The position numbers were made by a program, and so were the translations under genes. From Piedraia hortae CBS 480.64 (taxonomy: Eukaryota), in NCBI GenBank assembly GCA_010093745.1, contig MU005962.1, forward strand, positions 310,001 to 374,000: a stretch of 64,000 nucleotides of DNA, written 5' to 3'. The notes under the pieces are model-generated. The model was given only the letters and a program-made list of their open reading frames with translations, did no database searches and was not told the DNA's origin. Below are positions 21,150 through 32,855 of the stretch, piece after piece. The first letter of the stretch is position 1, and each line of letters opens with the position of its first letter.

Positions 21150-22700
21150 GAGCGTACATATCAAGGGACTTCTGCCGCATGATTGTTCTCGTCCACAAAC
21201 ACGAATCGCGCTGATGTTGCGACCAGAGAGAAGACGGCTGGTTTGTCCCAGACTTTTATGCGTTTTGACTGCTATACCAGGGCACATTTGCAGCACTGAC
21301 CTGGTTACACATTGAGAAGCCACGGAACTTGGTGCGGGAACCCAGAACATACCTCCACGGAGAGCCGCATAAAGAGATCAAAGAGGTTCTCGGCGAAGAA
21401 TTGCTTACCGATAATTTTGAGGACAACACCCTGGTGGTCGATAGGGCAGAGCTCTGCAGCAGGCTCTTCCAGATACTGAGGAAGAACTTGGACCTGGCGA
21501 GGGCAAACGCCCTAGGCCTGATGGTCCTGACAATGACACACGGCGACGCGATCACAAGAACAATAAAGCTGGACAGCCGCGACAGGGACGAAGACTGGCT
21601 CGATATTAGAGAGTTCCCGGACTTAATTTACTCTCATGCTGTGGATTGGCACTGAATACTCACGCCAACATGACGATTTTTGCGGCGGCTGGACCGAAGT
21701 AAGAAAGCGTTTCATTGGTCCAGAGCCCCTCGTGCGGGAGATACTATGGAGGTATATATTGCACCGCTATCCGGGAAGCTTGAGAAGCATAGTAGGCCCC
21801 CACTCTTAGAAATCCACGTGGCCAACTTGTTCCGCAGGAAAATATCCTTGCAGCACATTACACAGCCTTATCCCGAACCCGAGCTTCAGCATCGACAAGC
21901 ACGCCAGTCAACACGACATTGAATCCAGTGCAGAAGATGGCAAGTGGGAAGACCTCTGGATCAAGCGAACAGTATCTTGTCTGTGCTGCTCACGCTGCCG
22001 GGAGCCTTTGGAGACGGTTCAATAATCCTTCGTTGGCCTAAGGACATGTGTCGTTCTGGGCAACATAGTATCTCAACAGCTTTCCCGGCCAGACAAATGT
22101 CCCAAGCAGTGCCTCATTGTATGGCCCTATCTATTAGCAGCTACTGGATGAGAAGATATTACATGCCAATGTGGCAGCCGAGTTACAACATGTGACAACT
22201 ATAAACGTTCCTGCTGTGGCTAGACCGTCGAGCGACTGCGCTACTCAACGAAGCTAAGATTGCTCTATCTCTCAGCCTAAGGTGCAACCAGTACGACAAG
22301 GCTTTTGCCAAGAATAAACATCTATGCGGTAAAGTGGAGTCGACTCTTTGAATGGCCTCAAGACCCGTCATAAAGGGCATTGCGTCGTCCCCTGTTGAGG
22401 CTGTGCAAGGGAGACTGTGACTCAAGCCGCGCAGGTATCTCATGGCTGCACTCACGCTTGATGACGAAATTCAAGCTATAGGAGAAATGTGCGCAGCCGC
22501 TGGTCGACTGAAGAGAGGTTCGTGACACCCTCTTTCCGAGCACCTGTGTTAACTTTGCTATTGAGAAAGTCTGCTTGCAGCGACATCAATGACCTCATTG
22601 GGCACATCTACAAAAACCCTACACCAATCGCCACTGCTGGGAGGTGATGCAATGAAAGATAGGAGGCTGCAAAACTAGGAGCAGAGACTGCCTACTACGA
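21150..22700 (+). pseudogene. Decayed fungal gene with a caspase-like His-Gly/Cys arrangement
   Basis: DGWFVPDFYAF*...YLHGEP...LMVLTMTHGD (His 21539-21541), then a frameshift, then LLSCCGLALNTHANMTIFAAAGPK*ESVS..SCGRYYGGIYCTA. Boundaries approximate. Confidence 0.55.
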
Positions 22701-23268
22701 CAGCCGGTGCAAAGTCATGATATGCTTCGCATGCAATTCCGCAATCCAGGAAGCTCGTTGAGTATATACGAAAATAATATCCGGGGCAAGATGAGGTTGC
22801 AGGCCGATGAAACCAGCGGGCTAAGCGACAGTGTATCTGCCGAGAAGGAGCGTGGATTCCAATTTCTGCGAAGCTTAGAGTAGGATTAGTACTTATCCAA
22901 TTCAGCGCTACACCAAAATCCATGAGACCATTCTAAGGATATCATTCGTTGTCCTACAAGCACAGAGTACATGCGTGTGAGGTGTCTCATGGTAAATTTC
23001 CCGTTTCCTCATGAACAGTCAGAGAAGTACAGCAATCAGCTTCCTTGACTCAAATGAACTCATTGTGAAATCGACGCGGAAAGAAGAAAACACTAAACGG
23101 TTGTGAGAGTTAAATAAGGTGCCAGCCCTCCCAGGGCTTTCATATTTCCTTTTAAAAACCTTCACATAGTATTAAGTCATCTTGGCAAATGCCGGACAGG
23201 CTGTGGCGAGAAGTGGGGCAGTCTTGGCACACCATACCCCCTCACATCCCCTTACTCCTCAACACACC

Positions 23269-23270
<2 letters not shown>

Positions 23271-23302
<32 letters not shown>
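23271..23302. repeat. (CA)16 microsatellite
   Basis: 16 perfect CA units. Confidence 0.95.
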
Positions 23303-23304
<2 letters not shown>

Positions 23305-24487
23305 ATACACAATCACCACAACAGAGAGATGTGACAATATTCTCCTTGTCCTCTGATAGTTGAGCTGCATATAGCGGATCGACCTGGCAAATAGTCTTGC
23401 CCGCTACACCGCTGCATACGGTGGCTGCTATCTACTTACGATTGCCCGTAACTACCGCTACCGAAATGACCAGCGCCAGCGACCGTTCGTATAATGCCGC
23501 GGTGTGCGAACTTTTCCTTCACTACCGCACCCACCACAGCCATTTCTATGGCGTCCAATAATAACACGAACGATAACAGACACCAGCATGGGCAACTGTA
23601 TCTTCAGCCGAGAATTATGCGACTCCATCCACCAGCGAGGACATGACCGTGTGTCCCTTCAGCAAGGAACATTGTGAAATTATCTATCACAAGAAATGCG
23701 GGCACCTGATGCTCGAGAGTCTACTGAATGACCACAAGGTCCTGGTGAAATCTTACATTTGGATTCATATTCCTCCGTGTTACAGTGTCAGCTACTAACT
23801 CGAAAAAGCCACGTACACCTGCTCCTTGCTGATCGTCTGCCACGATTGGTTTTGCAAGCTCCCACCATCAAAGCCAGTCGAGAGGCTGGGCAGTGATCTG
23901 ATTGTGCCTTTGGCTCAGGTTTCACCAGGCGGGAAAGAGTGACAGAAGTACGTTGCTGCTTGTGTTCTCGAGCTCAGCGCTGCCTTTTCTTGGCGGTGTG
24001 GTTTTTTTTTTTTTAAGCCTGCAAGGCCAACGAGCGATGACAACTCAACTGCGTTTCCTCAAGAGCAAGACAAGAGATGCATTGGACTGAGCTCCGGGCC
24101 AGGTGGAAGACGCGGGAGTCAGATTTCTCGATATAAACCACAAGATGGGCGATCCTAGGATAAGATGACGATGGGTGTAGGAGATGCGAGTAGGGACGTC
24201 CGCGTTAGAGAGATGACTCGAGTGGCGAATCAAGGTGACCAGTTTATTGGGGTCTCATATGCGTTATTGGGCGACAAGTGTTCTTTACATGATACCGATC
24301 GACGATGACCAATCCGCGAGGAAATTTAAGACTTGATACCCGAAACTTTAAACTTTGCAAATTATTAGCTCTTGAGGGTGGATAGCGGCTGGAAAGGGAA
24401 GTTTCACCCTTTTTACATATACTCACTACATTTGTTCATTACCTCGGGTATCCTAATGTACAATGAGTAATGATTACATAGATCTAC

Positions 24488-26095
24488 CTACTTCCTCCCG
24501 AGCCCCCAGTTCGCAATAGTTTCTTGAATTCTATTCCACGAATATTCCTTCAATTGCACACCCTCCTCCTCACCCTGTTGCAGCACAACCGTGGGCGCAC
24601 CTGAGCCGTTCCCAATATTCTTCACCGATCCTCCAAACACCTCTCTCGCCACCCGACGCAGGTCATCCACGGTAACGCTTTCAATCTTTGAAATCATTTC
24701 CTTAACAGGAATTCTCCGTCCATGTACTTGGGCCTGGCGACCGATGTCCTCAAGCTCAACAAGACGCGATTCGAGATTGATCAGCAACGAAGAGCGTAAC
24801 TGGTTCTTTGCTCGATCGACTTCGACTTGGTTCAGACGGCTGTAGCCTGTCTGTTGACAGAGATTGCTAAATTCTCGACACATTACCTCAAGCATGTCGG
24901 CAACAAAAGGTGTGCGGCATGAGGATGCAATGCCGAATATGCCGGAGTCGGAGTAGGCGTGATTGAAGGAGGAGCAGCTTTCTACCCAGCCGAATTGGTT
25001 GAGGACGTTGGTGTATAGGCGGCTGTACATCCCTTTGCCTGGTCCGCCGGCACTGAAGGAACCACCTCCGCCGAGAAGGGTTTGGAGGGTGGCGAGGGTG
25101 TAGATGTCTGGGTGGTTGATGGGAAGTGATTCAAAGGCAAGGTATATATGGCTTAAGCGCGGTAGGGCGGGATTTGGGGGGATGGGCAATGGCGGGAGGG
25201 TGAGAAAGCCGCCGGTATAATGTGATGGTTGATTGTAATTTATCGGCTCATCTTGAATTGTTTGAGACGAACCCAATACATTAGATTTTGGAAAGGGGAT
25301 GTTCTTGCGACCAGGGGTACTGGTCGCCAGTCCTGAGCTGGACGGTTTTGACTCTTGAGTTTCTTGTTCGGTGCGCTTCATATCTCCAAAGTGCTGTTCT
25401 GACAATCGAACTGCAGTCTCGTGTTCGATACCAGCAAAAGCAACTACCATTCTTTCGGGCCGGTAGAAAGCTTTCCTATAAGCTTCTACTGTGTCTCGAT
25501 TGATATATTGAAGCCTCTCTTGGGGACAAAGTAGAGGATTCCCAAGGGTATTGTCTTTATATGCTGCCATATGGGTCAATTCTGGCAGAATAAACTCTGG
25601 TTTTCTCCAAATCTCGCCAATTTCGTAATCGACTGTCTCCAGCTGGTCTGCAACTTCCTCCTGCGTGATTAGGGGATCACGGACAGTCTCGGCCAGAACG
25701 GCAATTGTCTCGGGTACTTTGGAGTTGAAAGAAGCACTCTGATACATCATTGATTCTCTGCTAGACGCGCATTGAACTGTTCCACCGAGACTCTCGATGG
25801 TCTCCAGCATCTGACCCGCTGTTCGCTTGGACGTGGATTTGAATGCCAGCCGATCAACTATATGGGACACGCCCTGCAGGTTCTTGGTCTCATATCTCGA
25901 TCCCGCATCAACATAAACTCCGACAGCACTGAAGTTTCCCGGCAGAGCTTCAGTCGCTACCCGCACGCCATTAGATAGGGTCGTGATTTGGTCAAGCTCG
26001 GCCGGATCACGAGCATAATTATGTGCGGATCTTATTCGCGCTGTAGAATAAAAGGTTCGAGAGAGTCGTGGCAGGGAGCGCACGCCTCTTATCAT
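24488..26095 (-). CDS. MAS2: Mitochondrial processing peptidase alpha subunit
   Basis: Presequence, GVYVDAGSRYE, HIVDRLAF and the glycine-rich loop GGGGSFSAGGPGKGMYSRLY. Confidence 0.96.
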   Translation of the reverse strand: MIRGVRSLPRLSRTFYSTARIRSAHNYARDPAELDQITTLSNGVRVATEALPGNFSAVGVYVDAGSRYETKNLQGVSHIVDRLAFKSTSKRTAGQMLETIESLGGTVQCASSRESMMYQSASFNSKVPETIAVLAETVRDPLITQEEVADQLETVDYEIGEIWRKPEFILPELTHMAAYKDNTLGNPLLCPQERLQYINRDTVEAYRKAFYRPERMVVAFAGIEHETAVRLSEQHFGDMKRTEQETQESKPSSSGLATSTPGRKNIPFPKSNVLGSSQTIQDEPINYNQPSHYTGGFLTLPPLPIPPNPALPRLSHIYLAFESLPINHPDIYTLATLQTLLGGGGSFSAGGPGKGMYSRLYTNVLNQFGWVESCSSFNHAYSDSGIFGIASSCRTPFVADMLEVMCREFSNLCQQTGYSRLNQVEVDRAKNQLRSSLLINLESRLVELEDIGRQAQVHGRRIPVKEMISKIESVTVDDLRRVAREVFGGSVKNIGNGSGAPTVVLQQGEEEGVQLKEYSWNRIQETIANWGLGRK

Positions 26096-26251
26096 GATAT
26101 CGATGTCGTAGAGCAGTGCGTGGAAAAAAGTGACGAGCTGCGGGAATCACATCGAATCACATCACATGACTTGGTGCAGTCGCACCACGTGACGTGACTC
26201 ATCCCCGAACCCCTCCCGCCGGGCTGAAGGAAGGGCAGGCGCAACGCCGAC

Positions 26252-27688
26252 ATGCTTGGTGCGCCAAGCCCGGTGACTGCGACGGTTCAGACAAACACAT
26301 CGGCCGTTACCCCATCATCCCCGCGCCCAAGCCGGTTGCGGGGTTTTTCACTACTGCGGAGCTACACGCAGAACCATTGGCTAACGAGTCCCGAACCCTC
26401 GCCGCGGTCCCGGTCGACGTCACGCGTCTCAGGCGAGCGGCCGACGTCAATAGTGGTCGAGCCGCGACAGGAGACGCGGGGGAGATATTACGTAGACGTG
26501 CGGACCGAGTCTGCCTGCGAGATAAGCAGCAGCGCCCCGGCCTCGGTGCCGCCCATGACGATGCCAACGATGCCGTCCCTTCCACATCGTAATACGCTGG
26601 TCGAAGGCGCTTCATCCACGGCCGGTGCTGCATCGGCCAGTCGCAGTTCGAGGTCGGAGCAGGAGCCTGTGATCCGCTTCATCCCGCACATGGAGCCTCG
26701 GGCGGCGCGGCCGTCGCTCCAGTTTCCCGCCGTGGAGCGGAGGCTAACGAATGCACACAGCGTACTCCGTGTCGGCCGCTACTCTGATCGTGACAACGAC
26801 CCGTCGGCGCTCTCTGTCGGCTTCAAAAGCAAAGTAGTTTCCCGCAGGCACTGCGAGTTCTCGAACAGCAGCGGCCAGTGGTTCATAAAGGACGTCAAGT
26901 CGTCGTCGGGCACCTTCCTGAACCATGTCCGACTCTCACCGCCCGGACAGGAGAGTAGGCTCTTCCCCGTCAACGATGGCGATGTGGTTCAGCTGGGCAT
27001 CGACTTCAAGGGTGGCGAAGAAGTCATCTACCGCTGCGTGAAGATGCGCGTCGAGTGCAACCGCGGATGGCAGAAGGCTTTGAATGCCTACAACACAACC
27101 GCCCATAAGAACCTGCTCCGGAGCACGGGGATTAGCAGCAACAGCCGCGGATCAGACGCTGGGTCCGTCAGCTCCAGCGAGTGTTCCATCTGCCTCAACC
27201 CTGTGGCTCCGTGTCAGGCTCTTTTTGTGGCTCCCTGCAGCCACGTGTGGCACTACAAATGCGTGCGTGATCTGATTCAGCGGCGCCACTTTAGCTGCCC
27301 CAATTGTCGGCTCATTTCCGACCTCGATGCCGATGTCGAGCCGCCAGAGGGCTGCTTTGACCAAGTGGAAAACGGCCAGCCGGCCCAGAACGAGGGTGAA
27401 TCAGAGCCTGCAGACGAGACGCAGGCGGGAGCGGCTACCGAAGCGCCGAACGATCCCCCCGTTAACAGAGCAGCTGCCTCGAGCCCACCGCGTGATTTGC
27501 TAAGCAACACAGTAGTCGCTCCGGTACGGTCAGGGACGCCCATGACCACAGAGACATTTGCCCTTTCAGCGGGTGTATTGGATGGAGGACCCATGACACC
27601 TCGGAATGACTTTGGTCCGTTTGTATTGGACAGCAGGATGCAGAGCATGATTCCAGATGATGAAAACCCGCCGGCTGGCAGTAGTTGA
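26252..27688 (+). CDS. DMA1: FHA-RING E3 ligase Dma1
   Basis: FHA motifs VGRY, FKSKVVSRRH and SSSGTFLNH; RING-H2 CSIC...CSHVWHYKC...CPNC. Confidence 0.92.
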   Translation: MLGAPSPVTATVQTNTSAVTPSSPRPSRLRGFSLLRSYTQNHWLTSPEPSPRSRSTSRVSGERPTSIVVEPRQETRGRYYVDVRTESACEISSSAPASVPPMTMPTMPSLPHRNTLVEGASSTAGAASASRSSRSEQEPVIRFIPHMEPRAARPSLQFPAVERRLTNAHSVLRVGRYSDRDNDPSALSVGFKSKVVSRRHCEFSNSSGQWFIKDVKSSSGTFLNHVRLSPPGQESRLFPVNDGDVVQLGIDFKGGEEVIYRCVKMRVECNRGWQKALNAYNTTAHKNLLRSTGISSNSRGSDAGSVSSSECSICLNPVAPCQALFVAPCSHVWHYKCVRDLIQRRHFSCPNCRLISDLDADVEPPEGCFDQVENGQPAQNEGESEPADETQAGAATEAPNDPPVNRAAASSPPRDLLSNTVVAPVRSGTPMTTETFALSAGVLDGGPMTPRNDFGPFVLDSRMQSMIPDDENPPAGSS

Positions 27689-27734
27689 ATGCGTTGATGA
27701 ACAGGTAGATCTGGTATGATGATCATTATGAACT

Positions 27735-30700
27735 TTATCTCTTGAGCGTCTTTCCCTTTTGACCGCTCTCTACAACCTTTTTCTTCACCGCCAAGCCCTT
27801 TCTTGCCCGAACTCCATCGACGTACCGCTTGGCTACGTTCTCCCTGTCAGCCTTTTCACCCAAATCTTCCAGCTCTTCCTCGGTGGTCGGCACCCAGAAC
27901 GGATCCTCATCCAGCATTTCGAAGCCCGTGAAGACGAGCTGTGGTGCAGCAAAGCCAGACGTCCGATGACGAATCTCGTCCGAGAAGCCAAAGGACTCGG
28001 CGACGGGAAGCAGAGCCAAGATTGTATAATTTGTAGAGGGTTCCAGCAGGGATTCGGAGACAATCCTCCCACGACGTCGACTGATAACGCTGTACACCCG
28101 CCCCAACACCTCGCTGGATGCTTGAATCTCACAGCTGTACATTGCAAGCAAGATGCGTGGGGACCAGTCGAGGAAGCCTTGACGGATGGACTCGCGTGCT
28201 GTGCGGATAATCTCCCCCGTCAGCCGGCCTGCGTTCTCACTGGCTTCGTCCTCCGTCATGTGCAGCTCAAAGCTCTCGAGAATAACAGCTACACCCTGCA
28301 GGGGCTCGTTGCATAAAGGTCCCTGAGCGGTGGCGAGCTGGAAGGCATACGCTACTTTATCCGCACACATTGCGAGACTTTCCCCTTCTCGAACCTCGCT
28401 TTCTTGCAGGAACTTGCCGCAAACGCCGTCCTTTGTGCGGTCGATCAGGACGTTGGGCCCAACGTGGCGTGGCCCAAAAGCAGTGATCCTCTCGGCTGCG
28501 TCTTTCCAGCCTTCCCCTGGGGCTTCGGAAAAGGCCTTGGAGATGCCCTGCTTGAACTCAGACAGAGATAGGTCGCTGCCGGCCTTGGCCGCGACGCCTT
28601 CCTCTATGTTTCGCACCTCTTCTTCGTGTGCTTCTTCATGTCTTTTCTGCTCAGAGTACAACCTCTTTACCGTGCCGCTGTGCTTGACGAGGAATTCGGT
28701 CACAGGCTCGGGGAGAGGAACCACCCGCAAGCGTAGTTTCATCTGCTTGCTTGAAGTCACAGTCTCCACCCGACCACGACCCAGAGACGGATCTTTGGGT
28801 GGACTCATCTCTTCTGCCTTGACAATACCTTCTCGGTAGGGGACAATAGCCTTGCCAGCCTGGATCTCGCATCTTGCAAAACGCTCACGTAAGTCCTTCA
28901 GGCAGCGCTCAAGATGCAACTCGCCGGCTGTGAGAATGACGTGTTCTCCGCTTTCAAGTTGCTCGTATACCACTGCCGGATCAGCTTGTTCGAGAAGCTT
29001 CAGGCCCTGAACCATCTTCTCCAAGTCGCCGGGATGAGTGGGCTCTAATGCTACTCGGACGATGGGTGCATTGGTTGAGATGGCCGTTGTTGACGACAAG
29101 TTTGGTGCGCCTTCGAGTTGGGAACAGATGGTGCCGGATTTTAGAATTGCTCCTTCCAGCCCAGCGATTCCAACAATGTTGCCTGCGGGGACTGAGTCGA
29201 GTAATTCGAGACTTCGGCCCATGAGAAGGTACAGCGCCTTGATAGTGACCTTCTTCGGAGTAGGCGGTGCTTGGGGATGTGCAGGGTTATATTTTGACGG
29301 CAAGACGTAGACTTCATCGCCCACAGTCAGTGTACCGCAGAAAACTCGGGCAAAGCCAATGAGGTGTTCTGGTTCTGCCTCTGCCTCATTCGTCTGCTCT
29401 GTTTTAAGTTCCTCTTCGTCGCCAATAGCGGCTTGCTGCAATGCATCTGCAACAGAGGAGACGTCCCGAGCTTCTGTCTGGCTCTGTAGCCGAGCTATTT
29501 CTGCACGCTTTTTCCGACCCAACTCACGAGCCTCGTCTGCAGTGAGCATACCGCCTCTACGTCTATTTGTGGGTAACTCGCTGTCTGGTATTGACACCAT
29601 CTTGCTGACATATGCAACAACAGGTTCCCCCAGATCATGCTTGGAATGTATAATTGCCTCTTGAACCTTTTTATCTATGTGATCTGGACCTGGCAAGGAC
29701 TTAAGGAGGTCAGGCATTCGAGCCTCCTGTGCAGTTGTTGGGCTTGGTAAACCTTCTGTGACGGATACCAGCAGTGCAGTTGATACTGGCAGCCAGGATG
29801 AAAACAGTGCTGTCAATGCGGCTCGTGGGTCCTTTGATTTTAGTACGTGGTTGGGGAGGGATATATCCAAGGCCTTTGTAATTCTTTCCAACATTTCTGG
29901 ATGCCCGCTTTTACGAGGGCCGCCGGTGGTAGCCTCGTACACTTTCCAAAGTTGTTCCAGAACTAGCTGCACAAACACAGGTTTGAGGACTCTTCCTTTT
30001 GCTACCTTTGATGTAACCACTCGCTTCGCCTTGGTATCCAGGTAAAAGTTGCCCCAAAGTGCTCGCTCAAGCACTCTGCGCTTGATGCCGAGTTTTTTCT
30101 CGTACATGGCGGCAAACTGCCTTACTGTGAAGGCCCATCCGTCGATTGCCGAGCTGAAAATGACATTGTTCTTTGCTGGTTCAAAGTAGATGTCCTCGTC
30201 GTCCTTTTCTTGGTACTCGCATTTGGTGGGATCCGACTTTTCAAGTTCATTAAGAAGGCTGTCTCTGCGACTGGTGTCGTCTTGCTCTTTAGCTGCTGCA
30301 GCCGCATCGATCCTTTCACCTATTCGCTCTCGCCACCTCATGTCGTCCTCCATCCTCTCGCCCAAGGCAAAACTTCCCATGACGGCATTTACCTGCTCCA
30401 AAAGTTTTGACAAATGGGTGTACGCCTCCTCGGGGTTGAGCTTCCACTCGGTGAAGAGTCTGTCCATTTTATTGATAACCAAGAGCGGCTTGAGCTTCTC
30501 CGTCCACGTCTGCCGGAGCACTGTGACTGTCTGTGAACAAACGCCTTCAACGGCATCCACCAAGACCACAGCGCCGTCACAGAGCCGTGAAGCGGTGGAG
30601 ACTTCTGAACTAAAATCAATGTGACCTGGTGAATCTATGAGATTGATGAGGTATTCTTTCTGTTCTGGTTTTGCGTCTGGACTGCTCTTCTTCATGCTTG

Positions 30701-31176
30701 AAAAGTAGAGTGAGATGGCTGAAGATTCCATTGTGATGCCTCTCATCTGTTCATCGGGTCTTGAATCCAAATAGCGAATTTTGCCCGCCAGCTTTGGAGA
30801 GATGATTCCATTTGTTGCGATTAGGGCGTCGGTCAGGGAGGTTTTGCCGTGGTCCTACGATGAATGTTAGCGTTGGAAATCGTTTCACATGGGAGATCCG
30901 TCCTGGGGATGTTCAAACTCTAACTAGCGAATTGTACCTGAACCGGTGCTATTGAGAGAACACGAACTTGAGGAATTGGACTGCAAGAAACAATTCCGCA
31001 GCATAGCGCTAGAATGCCCCCAGGACGGAGGTGTTACATACAACATGGGCCAATATACAGATCTGAAAAAAGTTAGCCATGGAGTTTGGAAAAAAATCGA
31101 TTGAAATACGCACGTTTCGGATGCTCTGATTCTGGTGCTGAAGCGCAACCAGTTTCTCGGGAGATACGACGGGCAT
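27735..31176 (-). CDS. RIA1: Elongation factor-like GTPase 1 (60S maturation)
   Basis: Exons 31176-31114, 31062-31042 and 30854-27735 give IRNICILAHVDHGKTSL. Also RGITMESSAI, INLIDSPGHIDF and NKMD. Introns are 51 and 187 nt. Confidence 0.95.
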
Positions 31177-31465
31177 GAGGACTGGTATATCAAGAAACGA
31201 CTGATTTGAATGATGATGCAATTGTGCACAACATTTATAGTGCGCGGAGACGTTTGGCCCCACCATTCCCCAGATTCAAGCCACATGCCAAGCTCGATAT
31301 GGAGAAGTTTCAGCCACACTATGCTTAATATAGCAGAATTCCAGACTCAGCGTGACAGGCGCGCGCAAGCGATACTTTGGGGCGCGAGGGGCAGAGAGAA
31401 TGACTCAGCCGACGCGCACAGTCCCTGAACGCTTCTCTTCACTTTCTGTTCCCTTGCAGACCACC

Positions 31466-32810
31466 ATGGCGGCCATGCAGCCCCGGCAGATCCCCGTCAA
31501 CCCGGCGCACTCAGCCCATGATTTTGTAACGCGCAGCGAAACGGCCGGGGCACTTAATCGCCGATCAACCCTGGATGTTTTGTCGCCCGTTACTCAATAC
31601 GGTAGCTTTGAGTTTGACCGCATCGTCAAGTCCGGAGAAGTGCTGAAGCGGACGCGGAAGACCAAGGTATGTGTGGCTGATGCCGATAAGGGAATCGGCT
31701 AAGATGGCGCAGTCTTGGAAGCCGATCTTCATCGTCCTGCGCCCGCGGCTGCTGTCTATCTACCGCGACAAGGACGAATCGCGATTGCGCGATCAGATTA
31801 ATCTATCAGATCTAACGGCTGTTGCGCGCCAACGGGACCCTAAGAGGAAGGGCAAGTACGTATTTGGCCTCTTTTCGCCGTCGCGGAACTATCATTTCGA
31901 AGCGCGCAGCGAAACCGAGGCGCAGGATTGGGTCGAGGTTATCCGTCGGGAAGCGCGCATCGATGAGGAAGATGCAGAACACTATCTATCAAGCACTTGC
32001 GCCTCACCTACCTTTGCGCCCATGGACACCAGCATCGACCACCACCTCAGTCCCATAAGTTCCCCTCGCAGCGATGACCGCATGGGTCGCAGCGCCTACA
32101 CTGGTTCAGAGGCCGATCTGCTCATGTCTCCTGTTACGCGCGCAAGGACCGGCACAACCCGCAGCACGCGCAGAACTTCTCACATCGACTACTCGGGCCC
32201 AGAGCATGGTTCATTCTCCGATTTCTCCGACAGCGGCCTTGCAGCGCGCATGTCTATGCTCCCCTTATCATCCAACGACGATTTGGCCCTTCCGGGACGT
32301 CAGTCCTCCCGCCTTGTCCAGCCGCAGCGCACTCGCACCCAGACCATGGAGGCCGAAATAATAGACTCGGAACGCGACGTTCACCAGGGATGGATCTATC
32401 TGCTAAAATCCCGCCGCGGTGTGCGTTCGTGGAAGAAGCTCTGGATGGTCCTTCGACCCAAAGCCTTGGCATTATACAAAGACGAGGAAGAGCGAGCCGC
32501 ATTGCTCATTATCCAAGTTGAAATCATGATTGACGCGGTTTCCATTGATCCCATCAGCAAGAGCAAGACGAGTTGCATGCAAATCATCAGCGACGAGAGG
32601 AGTTATCGCTTCTGCGCACCCGATAACGAGCAGTTGACGAAGTGGTTAACTGCCTTCAAATCTGTCTTGGGCAAACGCAAGATGCAGCAATTGCAGCAAC
32701 AACAGCAGCAACAGCAGCATTTACAACAACAACAACAGCAGCAGCAGCAGCAGCAACAACTCCCCCAGAACGTCACAATCCAGCCTCCAACCCCCATCCC
32801 GGGCTCTTGA
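31466..32810 (+). CDS. Tandem PH-domain protein (Opy1-like) with a C-terminal poly-Q
   Basis: Exons 31466-31666 and 31713-32810 (46-nt intron). Two PH domains: KSGEVLKRTRKTKSWKP..VLRP and GWIYLLK..RSWKKLWMVLRP. Confidence 0.85.
32685..32759 (+). repeat. CAG/CAA poly-Gln tract
   Basis: Mixed CAG/CAA codons in frame. Confidence 0.9.
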
Positions 32811-32855
32811 TAATTCACGCCTCCTGTATTCCTAGCTAGAAAAAACTAACGAATA

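Noticed and set aside
23460..24230. Possible small multi-exon Cys-rich gene downstream of (CA)16 (TACTAAC near 23794)
   Set aside because: No consistent spliced open frame could be built.
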